Source: Octopus bimaculoides (lineage: Eukaryota). Taken from it: a DNA stretch of 64,000 nucleotides. The stretch spans positions 94,640,029 through 94,704,028 of the forward strand of contig NC_068987.1 in assembly GCF_001194135.2 (NCBI RefSeq). Reading direction: 5' to 3'. The position numbers and the translations under genes are program-made. This document shows positions 52,920 through 64,000 of this stretch, piece by piece. Within the stretch, counting starts at the first letter, position 1. Each line of letters starts with the position of its first letter. The notes beneath the pieces were generated by a model. It was not told the origin of the DNA. It ran no database searches and saw nothing but the letters and a program-made list of their open reading frames with translations.

Positions 52920-54929
52920 GTGAGAACTCTCCTTACTCTTTGCAGCAATTCATATTGTGGTGGAAGTTTACTGTTGTATTAGATGCTTCATCATATTGCA
53001 GTGACAGAATCTGAACCATCAATACAGCGGTCTGCAGTTTGACATCTCTAACTCATTGATAACTATTTGTAATGGGTCGGTTATTGACTGTGTTTATTTT
53101 AATGTTCACAGCACTGGTGATCAGCTAAAATCCTGAATGTTACACTTCCTATAAAATGTTAGCTAATAAATCTATAGCACTCGGATGTCTATCTCATATA
53201 TTAAAATGAATTAATATGAAACTAATTACATGGTTTCCTTATTCATTGGAGAAAACCAACATGAGCTTGTCTTCTAATAGTGATTTATTTATGTATTTAT
53301 ATTTCCATATTTCCTTTAGCACTAATAGTCATGAAAACATTATTTTCAGATTCTAAGTGAAAATATATTAATAACAGCAATGATAATAATATTTATAAAA
53401 TAAACAATTTTATGTACATTGGAAATTTTCACTTTAAATGTTTTGTATTGGAAGCAGCGTATATTTTTATATAATTTTTACTTCTAGATCATTCTGTGTG
53501 TGTGATGTCTTTTTTTTTTTCATTTTACTTGTTTCAACCTGTTGTATATGACCATGCCAGGCTACTGCCATTGATGTCATCATGGAAAGATAAACATGGA
53601 ATCATTATTCATACTGATTCCAAGGTGACACACTGATTGTAAATCTAAGTTTGCAATCACTTCTGGTCCTCTGTATTATGATCGCAACAAATTAATTGAC
53701 TGATAAAAGAATGCTTGAGATTTTCTAACATTGTTTGCTTGAGCTCATTTCTATATTTCATTTAAGTCTTGCAGTAAGTTTATGATATCTTTGATTGTTT
53801 GTGATGTGCTTGAATCTTTAGCATTGCCACAGTGTGACTGGCTGTAAATATGACTGAAGCCATACCTGAGAAAGTCATACCTGAGAAAGCCATCGCAAAG
53901 TAAAGTGGCTCCAGTACAGTTCTGTAAGAGATTCCACTTAGAATAAATGAATTTGTTGAGAAGAAGCCACTGACTTTTGAAACATCTCATGTCTGCTGGG
54001 ATCATTTAATTGATATCATGTCATTCCATGTCCTTGGCACATTCAAATGACGGAGATGCTGTTTCAATACCTAGTCATAATACCATAAAAGCTGTGTGAC
54101 GTAGTCCCTTCCTAGATGGTTACTATACTGCATAGCAGTAAGCAAGTCATTTTCTTTTAAAAAAATATATATCAGCTTTCTTCTGACTTTCCATTCTGTA
54201 ACTTTGCTGATGTGGGAAATCAAAAATACAGGCTTTCGTTGTTTCCAGCATCTGCTCTGCTTCTCCCTTTATCAACAGGGCTTAACCGTATGCACAGAAG
54301 CTCTGGAATAGTGTTTGTAAAGGATTTATCAGAGTCTTCATACATAGATATAATCTGAAAAAAAACATCAGGACCTTCTGAATTGTAGCTCATCTAGTCT
54401 ATGGTTGATATTCCATCTTTCTCAGATGAAGTTTTGACAAAGAACTCATCTAGCTTATTTATTACCATGTTTTCTAGTGGGGAAATGAAAACTCTTTGGA
54501 ATTGTTCTCTCAGTAATTCAGTTATCATTTTGGAGTCAGTAAGTTACTTGCTTCTAATTGGGCCATATCTTTCAGTGCATAAAAGATGATTGTTTTACAA
54601 ATTAGAAAACATATAAACTGAACAAAGGGCTTATTTTTAGATAATCCAAAACCACAATTTCTCTTTCTGCAGCCACCATGTATCTAATATCTTTAGCTTT
54701 ATTGTTAGTTTTATATTTTTATGTTTTATTTTTAAATTTCAGATCTCTCTCACCCCCCCCCCTCTCTTCCATATATATGGAAGAGAGATGCTAAGTGGTC
54801 TGAGGATATTGAACTACAAATAGACAACAATGAAAAAGCTCCAGGAAACTAAGAAGAGCAATATGATGTCCCTCCCCCCTTATGAATTATGACTGGCTTG
54901 AATCCGTTTTTAGATTTTAAATGCCTGCT

Positions 54930-55242
54930 CTTCATACAGCAAGACCCATCCTTTTGATTTTTGCATAGAAACTATTAACCTTGATTTCCTTCCAGTCACA
55001 AAAACCTACCAGGGCCTGTTCTTTATTCTTGAAAAGTGTTTTTAGCATGGCTGGCTCCAACTTATTTCACAAAGACCACTTTCATCACTGTGTTTATGAC
55101 AGTAGGGTGGGTGTTTGTCTGCACAAGCTTTTCACCAGTTATTCAGGATGATTTGAACCAGTTGCAACAAAAACTATTTTTATACAGCATACGCACAAGT
55201 ATGTCAACACTTGGAGTTGTTTACTGTTCCTCAACTGACCAT

Positions 55243-55296
<54 letters not shown>

Positions 55297-56510
55297 CTCT
55301 TTGATGTCTCCAGAACTGCATCTTTGAAACCACTCACCCATATCATTGTTGGTGATTTCAGTTACTTATAGTTTGATCAAGAAACCTTTCATGGGCCACA
55401 AATGACTAACACTTGAGCGATGGATTTGAACTTATCCCCAACAACGGGTAAATAGCATGTTGGATTTGCTATTTGCCAGTGTTCCTGAAACTGCTATCAG
55501 TGTCAATACCGAGAAAAGTTTAGGAAACTCTGATCATGCTATGGTCATAGTCAATCTGTTTGAACAGAAAGCAAAACTGCTACCACCACTGAACTGTACA
55601 CGTTGACTGTAACAGAGCTAATTGCAACTCTTATTGTACTGAGTGCCCAGGGTAGCCTTAAGCTTATGAATGTGAAGATATCAATGTTATCCCTCAGCAC
55701 ATCTTTAATTCAATCCTAACAAGCAATTTGGGAAACTGCAATAGTCTGCCTTGCACCCCCACCCCAACCCAACCCACCCCACCCCACCAAAAATAAAATG
55801 CTGAAGATGAATACATAGAAGAAAGGATAAAAGAAGGAACAACAGATAAGCATATGAAGTAGGACATGAAAAGTCAGAATTTATATTGAAAAAGATGCAG
55901 CTAACACAATTAGAAAGTTTTCTGGAAATATGTGAATTTGAAACAGAGGATTCACTCTCTGGCCAGCTCCCTGCACAGTCCCTACACAGGACAGACAACT
56001 AATGATTCCAATGAGTGCATCAAGCTTATTGTCAAAATGCTATATATACAGTTGAAAAACTGCAAGTGCTTCATCTTTGCCAGTACTAGCAAAGTTTTGC
56101 AAAACCACCTCAAGTGCCTAGGCAACTTTCCTTAGTCTTGATAGTATTACTTATCTGTTTCTCAAATGTGGCCACCTCTTTTTACTGTATCAGTTTTTGT
56201 TCCTTCCAGTCGTACCTTAATAACTATGTTAGCTTCTGTTATGAAAAATTGTCAGTTATTCTTCTATTTAAGAAGAGGTAACAGCCCATAACTTGCCAAT
56301 AATCAGCCAGTTGGTCTCATTGGTTATCTCACCAAATTGATGGAGTTCTGCACCTGAGAGACACTTTGCAATTTCTGGAACTCTCATAACCTTATGTGGA
56401 TTTAGCCCTGACTCCAGCTGCTGTGGTCAACTGACTGAATGCTTTGAAGACCTCCCTCAGATCACAGATAGCAGTTCATGGGAGGATATTATCAATCTAC
56501 TAATATAACT
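54930..56510 (+). mobile_element. Degenerate CR1/L2-like LINE (AP endonuclease plus RT start)
   Basis: IIVGDFSY (GDFN motif), LDLLFAS, GNSDHAMVIV (SDH motif), later LFKK...NNQPVGLIGYLTKLME. Interrupted by stops, (CA)n and an insertion. Confidence 0.7.
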
Positions 56511-57194
56511 GCATGAGTCTAAAGTACATTAATATAAAGTTTTGATTTTCAGCGCCCAGCAACATATGTTACCATTTTTTATTTACCCTTCAAGAACTGT
56601 TTGTCCGTCCACACAGACGTTCTTAGCAAATTTATGAAGAATTCTAGTTGACCTTTGGTTAGCTTTTTTCTTTCCTTTCTTGTTTATCTACCTAACTTTG
56701 AAGTTTGTGCTTTACTTTTCTATGGTTTCACATTATGACTATGATTATTGGGACCACCACAACCACCACCATCATCATCATCATCGTAATCATCATCATT
56801 TTCATTATCGCCGTCATCATCATCGTCATCGTCGTCATCATCATTATCATCATCATCATTGTCATCATTACTTAAATTTCTGTATGTCTGATGAAACTTA
56901 ATAATCTTTTGTCCTTTTCTTTGATACACAAATTTAATCATGGGAGAGTCACATGTGACAGAAAATGATGAGAGGGGAGACAAGAAGTGAGGAGGGGAAG
57001 CATATGCAGTAGGCTGTGGTACACACACACACACACACATATATATATATGTGCACCAGCATGACCGCAGCCACTTGGCTGAAACACATAAATAAATAAA
57101 AAAATAAATATATGTACCACAGGGTGTTTTCTGACACTAACAATTCTGCCAACTCACAACTTTTAATAATAATAATAATAATAATAATAGCTTC

Positions 57195-57325
57195 TGATTT
57201 AGGCACGCAGTCAGTAGTTTTGTAGTCGATATCATTGACTCTGCTAGACTCTGATACCTTATTTTATCAATCCCCTTGATATGGATAGCAACAGATTCTT
57301 TGCAGGCCAAATTCACTGTGAAGAT
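57195..57325 (-). mobile_element. SINE family 2 copy, inverted and decayed
   Basis: gatttaggcac..gataccttattttatcaatccc approximates the reverse complement of the family core and tail. Confidence 0.55.
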
Positions 57326-58865
57326 ATTTATCCTTTGAGGTAGGATACTTATACAAGCTGCTCCTTGAGGAGAAAGAAGAAAAACAGGTCTAAGAAGTAA
57401 TGTTTGTCCAACTTGACAGAGAATGCTTTCATCTTCAATGATCAATTTCTACCTACTGTTATTGGATACAGTTCACTGGTTTGTCTATAATTAATTGTTC
57501 TTTGAAAGAAAGAAAGTATTAGGAAACCAGACAACCTAACTAAATGCATTAGGAAAAGTTGGTGCCCTCACTGCTCAAAGTTTAAAGCAAGAGGGTTTCT
57601 GACCTGCTATCTTTAATAAAGTTGATAAAATGAATATCAGAAATATTCTAAAGTTGTAGCTGATTGTCAATTATATGTTTGAATCTATAGAGATTGATAA
57701 TGAGTAATTAAGGATATCTAGAAATTCAGTGAAGATGTGTGGTCTTGTGCTTAGAATTTTGCACTTGTGGTTGTAAGATTGTGGTTTCAATACTTGGACT
57801 GGGAGGTGCATTGTGCTCTTGATCAAAGCACTTCACTTCACTTCACATTGCCCCAGTCCATTCAGTTGTAAATGGGTCACCCTGTGATGAGGGTCTGGTG
57901 TCCTGTTCAAAAGCAATATTGGGATCTTAGTTATTTATATATCAAGGAAACTGGATGCATGGATTTATAGTTTTTAGGATTTGAATCAGCAATGTCAAGT
58001 GTTACTTTTATATCAATTTAATCTGTGAATACAAGTTGTGTAAAGGACCCAGTTCAATTAATTGTAATCGTTATCCTCAATATCTGTGTCTGAATGAAAA
58101 TCATTATATGTAACATAATTAATGACTGCTTCATTGATAAACTTTAGTGATACTAATTCACTGTTTGGCTTAGTTTGTGGATTCAGAGATTATTTATTAT
58201 GTTGTGAGTTGTATGGCAGGATTTGGTTGGTCAACTTAAAAATACCACAAAGTTACAGAATTATGATTTCATGTAAAATTTCTAGTTGTATACTTGGCAA
58301 TAGTTTTTTTTTTTTACTCTCCTTCTTGTTTCTTTACCTCCCTTCTCATATATATGTAAACACACACACACTACTATCTATTCTGGATGAAAATGTCTTG
58401 TACCCCTTCATGTTTTTGTGTAATATCGGAACTAAGCTTTCATCTTCATGTAGCATGTCACCAGCAAATCAGTCAAGTAGATTTTAGGTAAGCAGTTTTC
58501 AATACAAATTCTAAAGAACAGATGAGAACAGATCAGTATTGAGCTTCATCCATTTGAGGAAGAAGGGAACTGGGTGATAAAGGGTATCATATTTATTATC
58601 TTCCTCTGTAGGGAATTGAAACTGCACAGCTTACTTGGCTTGCAGAGATTTTACCTCTACTATATGGCACCTTAATGTACATACATTTATATAAATACAC
58701 TTATATATTTATATATATATATAATGAAAATATATTAGATATAACTCTTATGACCAGCTACATATATTTATTATGTTAAATACATTACAAACACATTCAT
58801 TGCAATGATGCTCCAATGTCCATTGTCCTCCTCACTCTCCACTCTGTCCTTCTTCCTCCTTTCAG

Positions 58866-58991
58866 CCATGTTGGTATTTGAAGAGAAAGAGCGAGTTGCC
58901 AATGATGCAAGTCCCCAATATATCGACGGTGCCTTTAATACGTCTCGCGGCAGTGGTGGTGGTTACAGTACTGCTGGGGGAGGTAGTCGAG
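58866..58991 (+). CDS. TENM: Teneurin exon E, end of TM helix and start of the Gly/Ser-rich extracellular linker
   Basis: Long pyrimidine tract ending ttcctcctttcag. G+CC gives AMLVFEEKERVANDASPQYIDGAFNTSRGSGGGYSTAGGGSR, completing YFAAMLVF. Donor at 58992 (gtagga) or alternatively 58983 (gtagtc), both phase 1. Confidence 0.85.
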
Positions 58992-59978
58992 GTAGGAACC
59001 AAATTTTATTGATTTAAATCTCATTTTCTTGATTTGCTTAGAGAAGAATTTGTTTTGCACATAACTACATGCATACCAACAAGCACATACACAGACAGAC
59101 AGACACACATGCACATGCATGCATGCACACTTACACACACAGACACACACACACACACACATACACACGGACACACACACACACACACATTATTCTAGAT
59201 TATCTGAGTAAACAAAAAATAGGTTTTGAGCAGAGACTCTATGAGTTAGTGCATTCTGCTAAAAATAGCAACCAAAAATTGTCTCAGAAAATTCAAGGAC
59301 ACATTGACAAATATACTCAATGGATGGTGCCATAGTCATGGATGGAATGTCTGCCTGTTATCATAACATTACTAGATCTTTGGTGCCATAGGGCTGAGTA
59401 GAAATAAAAATCAGACTTCATAGCTGTTTCCCTTTTAAATGATTAACTACCAAACTTGCAGTGAGCTGTGAAAGCAATTGCTGAGGCAGGTAAAGCATTG
59501 CAGCCATGGAATCCTGTTAAAAATGGCAAAGTATAAGAAAATTAAGAGTTAAGATATACGCGATTACGGAGCAGGTAGATGTGGCCATAGTGACACTGAC
59601 ATGAAGTGTGGGGAAAAGTGCTGACAGTGGGAAGGGCTATGGCAGGGTGAGGTGAAAACAATAAGAAATGTTTTAAGTAGGAAAATATGGATATTAAAAC
59701 AGGGAGATTGTGAAATGCTCAATGGTTCAGAAGTTTCTATTTTATTACAACCATTCAGAAGGATTTTTGAGCAAAAGGAGCTGATGAGGGAAACTTTGTG
59801 TGAGTACTTGACCTACTAGAAATAACAGCTAAAGCATTCTCAAGTCACAGCTTATTGTATGGTCAGAGAGATAAATGTAGTCCTTTGATACACTAGAAGT
59901 ATTGCCGGATGGGGGTCATATTTGAATGTTGTTGTCCAGATATACCCTCAGTCCAAATTGACCTGGAGCTAAACAGTA

Positions 59979-60797
59979 TGTGGTGGTATCAAAAAGTTCC
60001 CAGACTAGTTCTGTAGTGTACCAACAGATGGCAGTACATGGTTGTGTGCACAGCGAGAGCTGGCAGTGACTTTCAGTAAGGAGTGTGCCATGTGACATCA
60101 CTGTATTTACTTTGCTAATTGTGCAACTTGCGCTTTTGTGATCACGTGTGTATGCTGTGGTCTGTGATTTTGCCATGGACAGGAACAAAGAGCCAACATG
60201 AAATTTTGTGTTAAACCTGGGAAGTCTACAACTGAGACATCAAACATTCTTCAGCAAGCTTATTGGCAATGAGGCAATGGGCTGTACACAATTTTTCAAG
60301 TGGAATGGGCACTTCAAAAGTGGAAGGACATCTCTAGAAGACGATGAGTGACCTCAAAGACCTGCCATGAGTGTCACCTCTGGAAATGTGGTATTGGTCA
60401 TAGAGAATTCGACCCCCAGGGCCAGACCATCAATTGAAAATCCTATTGTAACATTTTGAAACATTTCAGGGAGGATGTTTGGCAAGAGGGACTGGTTCTG
60501 TGGAGTGTGAAGAATTGGATTCTTTACCGAGCTCTCCTCACTCTCTCACCAAAAACAACATAGTATCACTTCTGCACCTGCCCTGTTCACCAGATTTAGC
60601 ACCTGTGGGACATTGTTGTTGAGATCCTGAGTCCTCGACATACGGAAAACTACTTCTAGGCCAGATTCCAAAAGTGACAGCAATGCTGGGACTGCTGTGC
60701 ACGGTGACTCTTTCAAAGGAGATGATGTTAGAATATTGGTAAATAAGCAATCTTTTATTAAACCTAACTAATCGAGAAACCATTTGATAATGCCTCA
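59979..60797 (+). mobile_element. Internally deleted mariner transposon with TIRs and TA target duplication
   Basis: TA|tgtggtggtatcaaaaagttcccagactagt ... actaatcgagaaaccatttgataatgcctca|TA. Remnants EQRANMKFCVK...HFKSGRTSLEDDE, HREFDPQGQTIN and LHLPCSPDLAP (YSPDL motif). Confidence 0.88.
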
Positions 60798-61317
60798 TAA
60801 TAAGAGAAACTCCTGTAAAAGGTACATAGATGTGCTTGCCGGATTTATGCAAGTTACATTTTTCAATCCAACTTTGAGTGCTTAACAAATTCAAGGCATC
60901 CAGCTGTGAAAACAATTTGCTTCTGCTGAAATCCCCTGATCCCCCCTCAGTTGAAAAATTGTTGTAAAAGAATGAAAAAGATACGTGTGCAAATTTAAGC
61001 ATAAATATTTATTTATCCAAAGTTATTTCTTGATTTTTCTATTACTTAAATAGCTTGTGTGACCCTTATCTACTCATTAACAACATTAATTTCAGATACA
61101 CAATAAAGTATAAAACAGAAATTAGTTTGCTGACTGGATCCAAAGAAAATATTTCTACAATGTTGCTTTCATTACACACACATACACATACACGTAAACT
61201 TAATGGATGTACATAGAAATGCCTATGGCTGCAATTCTCACATTTTACACGTGTGTGTGTGTATATTTATATACATATCTGCATATATGTTCATATATTT
61301 GTATTTGTGCACATGCA

Positions 61318-61595
61318 CAAGGTGTAGGCAAAAAGTATCCGACTTTTGGCCAAAAAACCAAGTAATATTAAAAAATTCACCATTTTGATTTGGTCTTCTT
61401 CAAAGTATTTGCCTTGGGAATCTACACACTTCTGCCAGCATTCCTGCCACAACTGGAAACCTTTCTGGGAATCCCTTTTTGGGATGCTATAGAGCTGTGC
61501 CGTCAAATTTTGCTGAATATCCTCTGTTGACTCAAATCTTCTCCCTTTGAGTGTTTTTTGAGCTTTGGAAATAGTCAAAAAGTCACACAGAGCCA
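61318..61595 (-). mobile_element. Mariner 3' fragment with one TIR
   Basis: ALCDFLTISKAQKTLKGRRFESTEDIQQN...WQKCVDSQGKYFE. TIR-like caaggtgtaggcaaaaagtatccgactt at 61318. Confidence 0.85.
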
Positions 61596-62164
61596 TATTT
61601 AAAAAAATATTTCTAAGTGAAAATGACTTTAAAAATACGGTAAATATTTTATAAAAGACTCTTTTCTAACCTCAATGTGAAATAATTTTTTTCCATAGGA
61701 TTTTTCGAGTGCATTCAAAAGATTAGGCTCCTATTTCCAGCCGGGTGTGTAAGAAATAGCTACCAAATCTTTCCTTCTCTGTGGAAAGGAGCTGTTTACA
61801 CATGATTTCGATGTCACACTCATTGAAAGCATGCGAAGTAACCAGTTAAAGAAAAAAAAAAATCCATGAAACAAAACTCCATTGGTGAGAAACTCAGACA
61901 TCCCTGGTGACCTGATGGGTCACGGGTAGTCTAGTATATATATATCTTAGATAATTAGATATGTTTCAACCAAAGGCTGCTCCAGGCCATGTGTAACTTA
62001 TTAGCACCACATAATAGGATTTGCAAAATCATTTTTAAGTCAAATTTTGTGGTACCATGATCCATCTGCGGAGGGAGTTCTTGCTGAATGCATTGTATCC
62101 ATGCTTATCTGGTATTCCTTGAAGAAATTTGTCCCAATATATACCATATATATATATATATATA

Positions 62165-62663
62165 NNNNNNNNNNNNNNNNNNNNNNNNNNNNNNNNNNNN
62201 NNNNNNNNNNNNNNNNNNNNNNNNNNNNNNNNNNNNNNNNNNNNNNNNNNNNNNNNNNNNNNNNNNNNNNNNNNNNNNNNNNNNNNNNNNNNNNNNNNNN
62301 NNNNNNNNNNNNNNNNNNNNNNNNNNNNNNNNNNNNNNNNNNNNNNNNNNNNNNNNNNNNNNNNNNNNNNNNNNNNNNNNNNNNNNNNNNNNNNNNNNNN
62401 NNNNNNNNNNNNNNNNNNNNNNNNNNNNNNNNNNNNNNNNNNNNNNNNNNNNNNNNNNNNNNNNNNNNNNNNNNNNNNNNNNNNNNNNNNNNNNNNNNNN
62501 NNNNNNNNNNNNNNNNNNNNNNNNNNNNNNNNNNNNNNNNNNNNNNNNNNNNNNNNNNNNNNNNNNNNNNNNNNNNNNNNNNNNNNNNNNNNNNNNNNNN
62601 NNNNNNNNNNNNNNNNNNNNNNNNNNNNNNNNNNNNNNNNNNNNNNNNNNNNNNNNNNNNNNN
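62165..62663. other. Assembly gap (10-N gaps also at 38566-38575 and 48662-48671)
   Basis: N run. Confidence 1.
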
Positions 62664-62752
62664 AAAATATGAAATACCACAAGGAATATAAATAAAACAT
62701 AAAAAACAGACAGTGTTGGAATTCTTTTAAACAAAATAATATATATATATAT

Positions 62753-62791
<39 letters not shown>

Positions 62792-63018
62792 CACACACAC
62801 ATATATATATACACATATATACATATCTGCAGAAAAATCGCCTTCCAGTCCGTTTTCTGCTAGCCACTCGATAAAATTTCACATTTGATTCCCAATTCTA
62901 ATCATTTTTATGATATTCTACATCTAATTATTTCTTTGTATAATAGTGCTCACTTGCTTAGTAAATATTGCTTTCACTATTTTATCAGTCATAATCTCTT
63001 TTTTAAAGAGCCGATCTG

Positions 63019-63076
<58 letters not shown>

Positions 63077-64000
63077 CATTAATAATTGGTAGAACTTACA
63101 TTGGTGTGCATAGATAGATAGAGGGAGGGAGGGATACACACACGCACACACACAAAAGTCTGGTGCTGTGAGAACAAATAGGAATCACGTTTCCTTACTT
63201 TTCCAAATATACCCAAATTTAAAATGATCTGAAATAACGATATCATTCATTTGGCATGTGTTGAAATATGCCAAAACAATTGAATTGCACACAAATATAT
63301 ATTACTTTACATATAATTTATGTGTTAATTCTATTTACTGAAACTTGCTAAAAAGCATATTTTGCTTTATAGTAGTATCCCCTTATAGACACAATTGTCA
63401 GTAATCATACTGTTTCCATTTCTCTCAGCCAATATTTTTACATTAGCCTTCTTTCGAACTCTACATAATGCAGCATACAGTTGAGCCTGTGAGAAGAATT
63501 GTCTTGGAAGATATAGTCCAATTTCTTTAAAAGCCGGCTTGACAAGAAATTACTTGCGTGTAAATAGAAATGTAAATTTCATTTCTTGAGATACATATTG
63601 TATTCTTGGGATTAGCTGAGTTGGTCCTGCATAAGGACCAGAAGCAACCTCAGCCTCAGTAACATGATCATGTAAACTGACAATGATGTAGTGTGTGCCA
63701 TTGCAATGTCAGAATCACAATCAAATGGAAATTGTGGCTGTGGCCGATGCCAGTGCCACCCGATTGGCTCCCATGCCAGTGGCATGTAAAAAGCAGCTAC
63801 TACACTCTCAGAGTGGTTGGCATTAGGAAGGACATGCATCATTTTTCTTTCAGTTTGAGAAAGTGTGGTGGAAACCCTGATGGTGTGAGTTTGGTGATGA
63901 ATTCAATTGGGTACAGAGTTTCATTATCAACTGTATCTGAGCTTCTGTATGTTTTTAGCTCACCAGGGATCCTGGTCAACAGAAAATCATTCACAAATTG

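Noticed and set aside
59775-59812. CTGATGA-gg-GAAAC with a plausible stem III
   Set aside because: Stem II is absent and stem I has only 3 bp; treated as chance within an old repeat.
60538-61002. 154-aa minus-strand ORF
   Set aside because: Largely the antisense of the mariner remnant (SPDLAP motif and TIR on the plus strand).

Overview
AT-rich animal genomic DNA, dense in microsatellites and SINEs, with five assembly gaps. The repeat landscape suggests an octopus or other cephalopod (inference). The main content is the 5' part of one very large + strand gene. Five exons (21215-21580, 39431-39670, 42561-42708, 52436-52650, 58866-58991) join through canonical GT-AG sites in a single open frame. 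They encode a Pro-rich intracellular domain of about 290 aa, a CSWKC juxtamembrane motif, a single type II transmembrane helix and the start of the ectodomain, which fits a teneurin (Ten-m/Odz). The exon at 42561 is absent from the ORF track. The introns hold at least four tRNA-type SINE families, CR1/L2-like and RTE LINE remnants, three mariner remnants and a Helitron helicase fragment. The best leads for something new are: a candidate alternative first exon (MFAG), candidate 21-nt microexons, several decayed minimal hammerhead-ribozyme motifs, an RTE 3' end carrying three tandem C2H2 fingers, and inverted SINE pairs that could form dsRNA. No rRNA, tRNA gene or CRISPR array was seen. I found no clear evidence of a wholly new system; the leads are hypotheses, and repeat boundaries are approximate.
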